Positions 10,366 to 20,000 of a stretch of 20,000 nt of DNA are shown here, one piece after another. The DNA is from Peribolospora baueri (lineage: Eukaryota): NCBI GenBank assembly GCA_029717555.1, contig JAMDHS010000095.1, forward strand, positions 57,732-77,731, written 5' to 3'. The notes under the pieces were generated by a model. The model did no database searches, was not told the origin of the DNA, and saw nothing but the letters and a program-made list of their open reading frames with translations. The translations under genes were made by a program, and so were the position numbers. The first letter of the stretch is position 1, and every line of letters starts with the position of its first letter.

Positions 10366-13300
10366 CTAGTCCGTCGCTCGGACAGAGCGCGATGCCGTCC
10401 AGTCCCCGTCCCGCCGGCGGCCGTCCTCGGCAGTCCCCCCCAGCGCGACGCTCATCTCGCCGTCGTCTGGAAGGGCCCAGGGGAACGGATAGGCAAAGTG
10501 CTCGTCGTCATCACCTCCTTCGGCCTGGCCCTCGCCCACGTCGCCGTCGGGACCCACCCATACGTTGCTGTCCGGCCGCGGCTGCTCGCCTGACGACCGC
10601 CCGTCCCTTGCGGCCAGGAGCGACTTGAAGCTGGCCAGCGCCATCTCCCATTCCATCTTTCACCGTAAAAAAAATAAAGCGGAAATGGGATGGCGGAAGA
10701 AGAAGAAAACAAAACACGAAATTAGCTCAGTGTGGCACGGGACACTCCGATCCGATCGATGATAACCAACACGCGGACGCCGTTCACTCACCTGCATCTG
10801 CTCCGCAAGGCCCTCCGCCTCCTCCTCTCCCTCCGCTCTCTGCGTCTCCATCCGCAACGGTTCAAGGACCTCGACGACGAGCATCTCGTGCGTCTTTCTC
10901 TTCCTCGCCACACCCTCCTTCCCCGCCCCCGCGGCGAAGTGGGCAAGTTCGTACGAGGCAATCGCGTCCACCAGGCTCCTCCTCGCCTCGAGCGGGTTTC
11001 GAGGCGCGCTCGGGGGCGCCGTCGAAGGGTAGGGCTCGATGTGAGGGTAGACAAACGGATAGAGACGGTACACGCTCAGCGGGTAGCCCACGTCCTGCGT
11101 AAACCGCATAGGTGCCGCCGCCGGCTCGCGCGCACCGACGACGCCGGCTGGTCTCGTAGGCGCGGGGGCAAGCTCAAACGCTGGATCCAAGTCGGTGCGG
11201 GGATAAAGCTTGAAATGCGGGTACCCGTGCGAAAGAGTCGACCGATCCACCGTGGAGGCACCGCCGCGGACGAAGCGCACCAGCTCATCGCGCTCCGCTT
11301 GCGCGCTACGTGGGGGCGCCTCCGGAAGGCGCGTCGACGGGTATAGGTCGAAGTGAGGATACACGGGCGGGTAGATGCGGTACACGTTATAAGGATAGCT
11401 TGCCAACCTGTCCTCTCGATAAGACAATACCGGTTCGCCGTCGTCGTCGTCGACGATCGGCGGTTGAGGCGCGAGCGGAAGCTCAAAGGACGGGTAGATG
11501 CTTCGAAGCGAGTGAGGATAGACGGGCGGGTAGATGGCGTAGACGGAGAAGGGGTACGATTCCAGATTCGCGCACCTCCTCCCGCTGGCAGAGTCGTGCA
11601 CGCTCGTCGATGTCGCGGCATACAGTACGAGGTTGGGATAAATGCAGTCTCCCGGAACGTCGACGACCACGATGGGCGGGGAATCGGTCGCCGCCGGCGT
11701 GGTGGACCAAAGGTCAAAAAACTCCCGACGTCCGCCGCCACCGTCGTCGTCGCTCCTAGTCGGTTTCGGATGCGGGAGAGCATCGGCGGGAAAAGACGGT
11801 GCGAACGAAGCGGGGCGGTGCTCGGCCGGAGGAAGAGAGGACCACAAGTCGAAGTAAGTCCTCGCGGCCGGTCGATGGACTGCGCGAGGTTGCAAGAAGC
11901 TGTCGTCCTCGCAATCCTCCTCCGGCACCACGTGCGCCGTCACGGACTCCAACGCCTCTACCGCGCTCCCGCTTCCAAAGCAAGGCAGATCCTCCCAAAG
12001 ATCAAAAAGCTCCGTCCTTCCGCCTTTACCCGCTCTCTCATGCGGCACCGCTTCTTCCACAGGGGGTTCGACCACGAGCGTGCCCGACGTGAGGCGACCG
12101 CCGACGGAGCGACCGGATTGGAGGACGGCGTGGTAGATCGCTTCGTCGAGGTGGAGCTCAGGGGGGAGGGGTGAGTAGGATACGCCGGATGCATGGATGT
12201 CGTAAAAGGCCCGAGAGGAAGCGGGAGAGGTGCCTGGGCTGATGGACGTGGTCTGGCTGGACCAGGCGGCGGCGGAGGAGGAGGAGGAGGAAAAAAAGGA
12301 AAAGGCGGGCGAACCGGGTGACTCGGGGCATGGAGAGGCGCTGCGCGACTCGGAGCGACCGGGGCGGCCGAGCTGGACGGCGAACGTATCGCTGAACAGG
12401 TCATCGCCGACGTCTTCCAACGTCTGTCTCTCCGGAGAGCCAAAGAGTCGGCCAACGGCAGCATCCGTCTCACGCGTACCGCGCTTATCTTTGTGTGCGT
12501 CGCCGTGCTCGTGCTCGTGTGGCCAAACGTTTTGAGGACGGATGGGCAGCGTATCGACGCCGAAGCCGGCCATCACGGCGAGGTGCCTGTCGTCGTCGTT
12601 GGAGGGATTTTCCAATCGCAGCGCGTGGCCTCCATCCTCCACCTCCTCCCCCCTGTGCTCCTGGGGATGATGAGGGTGACACATATCATCGAAAGAACCC
12701 GTTAAAGATGGCTCAACGCCCCCGTGGCCGTCGTGAACGGCGTCTAACGCGATCGGCACGCAAGCCCAAGGGCCCTGTCCCTGTCCTTCCTCCCCGTAAC
12801 AGTGCCCGTTTCCTTGTCGGTCCGATGGAAAAGAAGAAAAAGGAGAAGAAGGAGACGGAGACGGAGACGGAGAGGGGGAAGAGGGGGGAAGGCGGGAAAA
12901 GCTGGACTGCCGAGAGTAGGAGCGAGGGAGGCTGTTGGTTGGGTGGAACATGTCCTCGTACGCCTCTTCCTTCGCACACACATCGACGGCGGCGTTGGGT
13001 CGCCACAGGTCCGACGAGGAGAGGTACGATTCATCTGATGCGCCGGCGACGGCGACGGCGGGCAGGTGGGGCTTGGAGCGGGAGTCGCCGGGCGTGGGCG
13101 CTGGTCGATGTTGCGGCGCTCGGTCGTCGAATCGGTCCGGTCGGCGCTGTGCGACCGTCTCTTCGCGGTGAGCGCTCGTGAAGCCGTTCTTGTGAGCGGA
13201 GAGCGCGCCAGCGCCGGCCAGGCGGCTGACGAGCGACAATGGCCTCGTGCCGCGGCTGCTGCTGGCCGCCGGCGCTTTTCCGCCCCATCCCCGAGGTGGT

Positions 13301-14461
13301 CGCTCGAGCTCCCGGATCTCCTCTCCGGCCTCGCAACGAAGATGAGGGTGTGGAAAGACGGAGGGCGGCCCCGCAGCGGCGGCGGAGGTGGCGGCGCGGT
13401 GAGCCCAGGAAGGATACCATCTAGCCTTGCGTGGGTCAAGGTCAAACTCGATCTGTCCCGCGATGGGCAAGCCTGCCTGGGCAAAGGCGGGAAGACCGAA
13501 GTCGACGGGGACCGAGGTGGAGCCGGTATAGGTATAGGGCCAGATCGGCGGCGATGAAGGCGGCTGGCGCTGGTCGGGGGATGAGAGGGAAGAGGAGGAG
13601 AAGGCGGAGGTGGAGCTGCTGGTGCGGTGGCGGCTTCCGTCCGACGTCGTCCAACAGCGGTCGCCATCCTCGTCCGCTACTGCTCGCGACGTGGGCAAGT
13701 CGTCGTCCGAGCCGCTGGCTGACGTCGGCGAGCCGAGGAAAGGAGCCCAGAGGAGGGGCCAGGTGTCGTCGCTGATGCGCGGCGAAGCGAAGCCAGCGCC
13801 GAGGCTTTGAAGGAAGGGACAAGGCGAACATTTCAGCACGCCTGCGCACGCGCACAATTCAAGAGAAAAAGGCGCCGTGTACTCACGCAAGGTACAAGGC
13901 GAGGCCACCGGTGCTGGGGAAGCTCCACTCCCTGGCGATAGCACCAGCCATGGCGGAGAGGGTAGAGTGGAGGGGCAAGAGAGCGCCGTGGACGAACCTG
14001 GCGGGCGGGCCGTATCCGGAAGAGAAGGTGGAGACGTTGGTGGGCGGGGGGTCGAAGGGGAGGTGCGGGGGAGGCTTTACGATGATGAGCCACGTGGGGT
14101 GGGTGTGGTCGGAGCGGAGGGAGACAGAGTAGGAGCGCATGGGGGAGTAGCGAACCGGCGGTCTTCCTGGCGAGGCGGTCGTCGGTGGGGCTTCCGCGGG
14201 CGGGGGTGCGTCTTGGCGGTGGACGTCGTCGAGGTCGACGTGACCGACGAGGGCGAGCTGGTCCGCCTTCTTAGTGGCATGGAACCAGTCGTAGGCGGAG
14301 CAGGCGGCGGGGTGGAAGCGGGAGGGGTCTCTTTCGCCGCTGAGGAAGCGGCGGCTGGGGCGAGTGCGGAGGTGGGTGGAGGAGGGGGTGGCGGCGGCGG
14401 GATGGGAGAGAGCGGGGTCGAAGGTGGCGAGGCGGTGACGAAGGTCGGGTGGAGGGGTCAT
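10366..14461 (-). CDS. Uncharacterised fungal (basidiomycete-type) protein, ~1292 aa, with a globular-looking N-terminal region and C-terminal Tyr-Pro repeats; exons 14461-13887, 13804-10792, 10656-10366
   Basis: Three ORFs of the track join in frame through canonical introns: 13886-13805 (GTGAGT...AAG, phase 2) and 10791-10657 (GTGAGT...CTAAT branch...pyrimidine tract...AAG, phase 0). Total 3879 nt = 1293 codons. The joined N-terminus (LIIVKPPPH...GALLPLHSTLSAMAGAIAREWSFPSTGGLALYLA|LGAGFASPRISDDTWPLLW...GLPIAGQIEFDLDPRKARWYPSW) resembles, from memory, a conserved hypothetical family of basidiomycetes. Confidence 0.82.
11024..11647 (-). repeat. Protein-level Tyr-Pro repeat array, consensus YPx(3-5)[IL]YP
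   Basis: CIYPNLVLYAA; SYPFSVYAIYPPVYPHSLRSIYPS; SYPYNVYRIYPPVYPHFDLYPS; GYPHFKLYPR; GYPLSVYRLYPFVYPHIEPYPS. Confidence 0.85.
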
Positions 14462-16768
14462 GGTGAGGGAGTGAAGAGAAAGTGGGTCAGGGTGCGTGGG
14501 CGGAGAGAAAAGAAGAAATCAGGCCGGCTAGGAGAAAAGAGATGGGAGGGAGTCAGACCTGCTGAAAGGGGAGAAGAGAAGGAAGGAGACGAGGCTGTGG
14601 ATGTGGTGAGGAGGGGGAAGAAGATGTTGACGACGTTGACGACGACGACGACGAAGACGACGTTGTGCAACATCGAGTCGGCTCATTTTCCCCAGCGCTC
14701 GCTCGTCTCCGTCGACTCTGGCTCAGGACGATCCTCCTCTCTCTTTCTCTCCTTCGACTTTGCTTTCATGATGAGCCACAGCCTCCTTCTCTCCGTCTCC
14801 GTCTCCAGCCCAGTTCAGCTCGCCCTGGTAACCGACCGCAGCGCGCACGGAGCATCTCTCCTCATCTCTGCGGGGACGGGGGGACGACTGCGGCGCATAG
14901 GCCAGTCAGGGCGGCGAGGGGAGTGAGCGGAGACAAGGAGAGGATGGCGATGGAAGGAGGTGTGATGTCGGACTGCCGGCAGTCTTTCGGAAGAGACCTA
15001 GAAGGGCGACGCGTCGTCGTCATGAACATAAAGAGAGACACAGAGACCGACAGGAAGAAAGAAAGCGGGAAGGATGAAAGGATGAGTAGTCTTGACGCCA
15101 TTTTCATCGATCTCGGCTGGCGGGTGGACGACGAGGGCCGGTTTCATGGGCGTGGGCCCGCGGTCGGACTTCCTTTTTTTTTTTTTTTTTTTTTTACCTC
15201 GCTTGTGCACGCGTGGTTCAGCGTGGCTCTGGCTCTAGCTCTGGCTCGGTGTGGCGATGTGGCCAGGCCGGGCCAGATGACGTGGCTGCCTTCGCTCGTT
15301 GGGAGGCGGTGCGGTGGTGGTGGTGATCGTGACCATGGTCGTGGGTGCAGGTGCGTCGAGCGATCGATCAATCGTGCGGACACATGCACATGATCCTTCT
15401 CGCTGCGCTCAGATCTATCTGGATGGACGGTGATGAATGGACGAATGGACGAATGGACGGATTGGATCATAGGACCATCCTCGCAGAGGCCGCGCACATG
15501 GCCATGGCCAGGAGCGAAGAATCGCTGCCGAGGCTTGCTTTTCCTGCATATCTACTACGCGTGTGCGGCACGGCAGGGCAGGTGACTGGAGGACTCTACT
15601 AGTACTCTACGTTACTCGCTCGTGATCTGATCGGAGCGAAATGCAGCTGGTGCCTGTCTCTGTCTGATGGCAGGGACAAGGAGGAAGGTCGTCTGTCATG
15701 TGGGCGGACGGGTGGGCGAGGGAGTGCTCACGCGGACCGATGGCGAAGGGGGGTCGGGGCGGGATGGATGGGGTCGACAAGAAGAAGAAAGGCGGGAGCG
15801 GGTGGCGTTGGCGGGGGCAAAAAGGCGGGCACGGCGCGATAAGGGAAAAAAGAGCGGGTGAGAGGAGCCGGTGGCTGCGGCAACGTCGGCGTCGGGTCGA
15901 TGTCAGCTGAGAGCGGCACTTGCGCCTCCTTAGTCCCGCTGATCGGATCGGCGGCGCGCGCGGTCGGCCGGTCCGGTCTGTTCTGGTTTGCTTTTCGGTC
16001 GTGGCTCGTTGGCGACTTACGGTGCAGCGGGAAGATCCGGGAGGAGAGGAGAGCAGAAGACGGCCGGCGTCGCTCGCACCATCGTGCTCGTGACGGCGGC
16101 GACAGGATGGAGGGAGCGGTGGACGACCGACGGCGACGAGACGAACGGAGGGAACTGGATCCATCGACCGGAGAGGCTGGCTGCGGCAATATCGCGTTCC
16201 TGGGCGCGCTCGGCGGGTCTTGTGACCATAGCTATGATCGACTTGCAGGTGGCGGACCGAGCGAGCCGCGGTGGCCACTCGCACTCACCTCGCGGCGAGG
16301 TAAGGAAGGAAAAAAGGAGGAAGGAAGGAAAAAAGGAAGGAGAAAGAACAGACAAGGGTCGTCGGCATCGACGGGACGGGCCCAAGGCGAAGCAGGCGAG
16401 ACAGCTACGCACTGACCCACCTAACACTTACCTAACACACCCACCCCCGCCTTTCTTATCCTCTTTCGCCCCCGCGCCGCCAAGCAGGAAGCCGCCAACA
16501 CGGCACAGCGAGGGCCGGCCAGACGTAAACATCTGATAACACACGCGCATAACACGCGCCTAAGCAAGCCCTAAGCCATCGCCCTTACCGCATAACAACA
16601 ACTAACAATGACTCTTTAGCTGCCCCGCCGCATACATAAGCCTCCCTCCGCTTTCCTCGGCCCCCGCCCACATGTCCGTCCACACTCGCCTCCCTTCCCT
16701 TCTCCCCACCACCACCACCACCCGCTCCCTCCCCATCCTCCACGCCCATCCCTCGGACCGTCCCCGTC
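14462..16768. promoter_or_regulatory. Divergent promoter / 5' UTR region between the YP-repeat gene and the UNC-93-like gene
   Basis: Position between head-to-head start codons. CT-rich tracts directly precede both ATGs on their sense strands. No individual binding sites can be asserted. Confidence 0.5.
15174..15195. repeat. Poly-T tract (T22)
   Basis: Direct read. Other homopolymers: A12 at 1085-1096, A12-G-A12 at 1487-1511, A17 at 9382-9398. Confidence 0.9.
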
Positions 16769-19700
16769 ATGGCCACCGCAGAACAGGAACAGGACATCGG
16801 CAACAACCTCGAGCAGGATGAGAAGGCCATCATCATCGAAGGCGCTGCCGCCCCTTCGTCCCTCTGGCGCTCCCCCATGACGCAGGTGGTCATGCTCGGT
16901 CAGTCCCCTTTGCCAGTCCGAGCGCGAGCATGAACGAGAAAGAACGAGCACGAACGAGGGCGAGCACAACCACTCATCCCCACACTCTCCCCTCCCCTTC
17001 ATATCCCCTCCCCCAGGCGTCCTCTGCTTCCTCTGTCCCGGTCTCTTCAACGCCCTGACCGGTGAGCGCTCGAAGCGAACGAAAGCTTCGTCGCCTTCCT
17101 CGTCCACACGCTCACCCGTCCTCGCCCCCCTCCGCCCATACACCCCCGCCAGGAATGGGCGGTGGTGGCCAGATGGACAACACGACGGCCGACAACGGCA
17201 ACGTCGCCCTCTACTCCACCTTCGCCGTCTTCTCTTTCTTCGCTGGCTCCATCGTCAACGTCCTCGGCGCCCGCCTCACCCTCTTCCTCGGCTCCCTCGG
17301 CTACTGTCTCTACACCTCCAGCCTGCTCGCTTACAACATGCACGGCTCCAAGGCCCAGCCGTTCGTCATTGTCGCCGGCGCCATCCTCGGCGTCTGCGCC
17401 TCCCTCCTCTGGTCTGCCCAGGGGTCCCTCATGCTCGCCTACCCCACCGAGGCCACCAAGGTGCGCCAAAGGCCCTCGTTCACCCTTTCTTCCCTTTCCA
17501 GTCGCCCACGCTCACTCGCCCTCGCTTTTCACCTCCCCTTGCTCTCACAGGGTCGCTACATCGTGAGCGTTCCACTCGCTCCGTGTCGAACCCACCTGCG
17601 ATAGCGCACTGACCATCCCTTCTCTCTCCTCCTCCGTCTCCTACCCCATCTAGGCCACGTTCTGGGCCATCTTCAACCTCGGCGCCGTCGTCGGCGCATC
17701 CATCCTCCTTGGACAGAACTACAACAACCCGGTGGGCTAGCCTTTCTTTCTCCTTTTCTCCTCGCCCCGCTCGCGAGCGACGGCGGAACGCTCATCCGAC
17801 CGACCCCTTTTTGGCATTCCTCCGATCCGCTTTCCAGGATAACACGGTCAACAACGCTACTTGTGAGTGCCCCTCTTGAGTGCCACGCTTTCTACCGTCC
17901 ATCCATCCGCTCACTCTTCCCCCGATTCCCCACCCCGCCCGTTTCCGATCAAGACGCCGTCTTTGTCGCGCTCGTGAGTGTCTCGTTCTGGAGGGAAAGA
18001 AAGACGCCGCCAGTGACGGTGGCCATCTTCCGATATCACCCTCGCCCTCGCCCTATTGACCTTCTGGCTCCCTTCCTCCCCCCAGACCGGCCTTGGAGCG
18101 TTTCTGCCCTTCATGTTCGTCAATCCCAGCGAGATGGTCCGCGTCGACGGCACCCGCGTCGTCGTCCCCAAGCACCCCAGCTGGAAGACGGAGCTGGCCG
18201 GCTTGTACGAGGCGCTCCGGAAGGATGCTTTCATCATTGTCATGTTCCCCTTCTTCTTCGCCAGTCAGTTCTTCCTTTCTTTCTTCCCCTCCCTATCCTC
18301 GACGACTCACACCACATTTCCCTCTTTTATCCCCCTAGGCAACATCTTCTACACCTGGCACTTCAACGACTTTGCCTCCCGTGAGCGTCCATCCCCCTTT
18401 TCCCTCACCGGTCGTCCAGACGCCATTGCAGGATTCGTATCGATGGCCACTCTTCACCTAACTCAAACTCTCTTCGCTCCCCACTCCGCTGCCAGCCCTC
18501 TTCTCTCTCCGTGCGCGCGCCCTCAGCTCGCTTCTCTACTGGCTCTCCCAGATCATCGGTTCCTGGTGCATGGGAGCCTTCCTCGACTCTCCGTCGATGA
18601 CCCGGCGCCAGCGCGCATTCGCCGGATGGGGCATCGTGAGTGCGCCCATTGCGAGCCCCTTATTGCTCGTCTTCTGCGGCGAGGCCGTTCGTTTTCCCTT
18701 TTCACTACGAGTCGTGCTGACTCGCGCTGCGCCATGCGCTTCTTGCTCTCAGATCTTCATCCTCATCAACGTTCTCTGGGGCGCCTCTCTCAAAGTCCAA
18801 CTGTGAGATTTCTCGCCGTCTCCCCACACTTTCCACTCCAGTCTTCCTCCCTCCCTCCATTCTGTCACAACGATCCTAACTGCGTCTTCCCCACCCGCCT
18901 CTCCCTAGTCGGTACAACCGCGACGATGTCGCCGGTGCCAATTGGTCGCGCCTCGACTTTGGCGGACCTCACCAGTCCCTCCTCGCCGGTTACCTTATTC
19001 TTCAGGTTTGCAACGGCTTGCAGGACGCCGCTTGGCAGGTCAGTCCGAGTTGCATGCGCTCGCTTGCACGTCCGGTGGCGCTGATACTTCTCTCGCCTGA
19101 TCACGCCGATTTTCCTTCGTTCTTCTCCCCGTCGATTTTTGTCGAATAGACTTTTGCTTGTGAGCCATTTCACACGAGCACCGCCGTCCCTGTCCTCATT
19201 CCTGCTTAACACTTTCTTTGCCTCTCTTTCTCGTCACAAACAGACTGTTGAGTACCGGATTCAACAACACCCCCCTTCCCTCGACCACGTCTTGCGCATA
19301 CATGCTCACATCGCCTCGTTTTCGTCCCCACAGACTGCTTGGGTAGCTTGTCCAACAGCCCCAGGAAGCTGGCTTACATGACCGGCTTTTACAAGGCTGT
19401 GAGTGCTTGGCACCGAGGCTCTTCGCGCTCGGCTCGACTTGGCCACGCTGTACTGTACGCTCACTTCTCGACGATGCGGTTTTCGGCATATGACAGTTCC
19501 AAAGCGCCGGTTCTGCCGTCTTCTGGCGGTTGGACGCGAACAAGGGTGCGTGGACGGGTCCCTATCGGCCGTGGCGTGCGAGTTCCGCAAGTTTGCTTTT
19601 TCCATTCTGACCGGCAGGGGTCATGCTATGCTTCCTTTCTTGACGTGCAGTCCCGTACATCGATATCCTCGGTAGCGTGAGTCTCCCGGTCGCCCGCGAG

Positions 19701-19852
19701 CGAGAGGCCACATCTGAACTGGTGCTGATTGGATTTGTCGTCATTCTCCCCCTTCGTCTTCGACTCGAATCAGACGTGGGGCATCCTCGGTGGCTCGCTC
19801 ATCTGCGCATTGCCCATGCTCTGGTTCCGCGTCAAGAACATCACGGCCGTCG
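16769..19852 (+). CDS. UNC-93-like (DUF895) major facilitator superfamily membrane protein, 3'-incomplete, at least 18 exons
   Basis: Exons: 16769-16898, 17017-17061, 17153-17460, 17551-17562, 17654-17731, 17838-17862, 17954-17973, 18086-18263, 18339-18380, 18496-18635, 18753-18802, 18909-19038, 19150-19159, 19244-19246 (probable), 19334-19398, 19497-19545, 19651-19676, 19774-19852. All are GT-AG and phase-consistent. The spliced protein shows family motifs: QVVMLGVLCFLCPGLFNALTGMGGGG, LGVCASLLWSAQGSLMLAYPTEATKGRYIATFWAIFNLGAVVG, VRVDGTRV, PFFFASNIFYTWHFN, YMTGFYKAFQSAGSAVFWRLD, with many hydrophobic segments. Confidence 0.92.
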
Positions 19853-19943
19853 GTGAGCGTTGCCAGCCTTCGCTTTTCGAACGGTGGCACGAGCTGGCAA
19901 GTGGGAAGTGCTCCGCGACTGACTGACTGACGACGTTCTGATC

Positions 19944-19944
<1 letters not shown>

Positions 19945-20000
<56 letters not shown>
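19945..20000 (+). repeat. Poly-T tract (at least 56 T) in the last visible intron of the UNC-93-like gene, running off the window
   Basis: Follows the GTGAGC donor at 19853 and tandem CTGAC branch-like motifs (gactgactgactgac, ~19917-19931). Confidence 0.9.

Noticed and set aside
10732..14926. Multiple + strand ORFs (204-349 aa) antisense to the YP-repeat gene
   Set aside because: Same shadow effect; the minus-strand model explains the splice signals and motifs.
15907..16020. Minus-strand GTAAGT...CAG intron-like stretch
   Set aside because: Weak branch and pyrimidine signals and no coding context; cannot be supported without transcripts.
15858..16536. 185-aa and 182-aa + strand ORFs in the divergent promoter region
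   Set aside because: Non-ATG starts in the track, low-complexity translation, and no in-frame link to the transporter.
16420..16576. CCTAA/CCCTAA-like words as interstitial telomeric repeat
   Set aside because: Not tandem; only scattered 5-6-mers, better explained as branch-site-like or promoter sequence.
1..20000. Functional gene cluster (PPxY proteins + FYVE + UNC-93-like as an endosomal module), or a prokaryotic system such as CRISPR, defence or mobile elements
   Set aside because: Adjacency in a fungal genome is not evidence of co-function without synteny data. No repeat-spacer array, transposase, RT or operon structure is visible.

Overview
GC-rich, microsatellite-rich eukaryotic DNA with spliceosomal introns (GT-AG, CTRAY-type branch sites, mostly 80-135 nt), most consistent with a basidiomycete fungus. 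I find four protein-coding genes. (1) The 3' end of a + strand gene with a low-complexity G/Q tail (stop at 413). (2) A - strand gene (6694-1788, 2 predicted exons, ~1362 aa) whose FYVE zinc-finger motifs are spread over ~665 residues by two large in-frame low-complexity insertions. (3) A - strand gene (14461-10366, 3 exons, ~1292 aa) for an uncharacterised fungal protein with tandem Tyr-Pro repeats and three FDLW motifs. (4) A + strand UNC-93-like (DUF895) MFS membrane protein gene with at least 18 exons, including 10-25 nt micro-exons and a probable 3-nt micro-exon; it runs into a poly-T tract at the window end. No rRNA, tRNA, CRISPR array or transposase was recognised. Most ORFs in the supplied track are shadow or low-complexity ORFs. 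All gene models were built by eye and family calls come from remembered motifs, not database searches.
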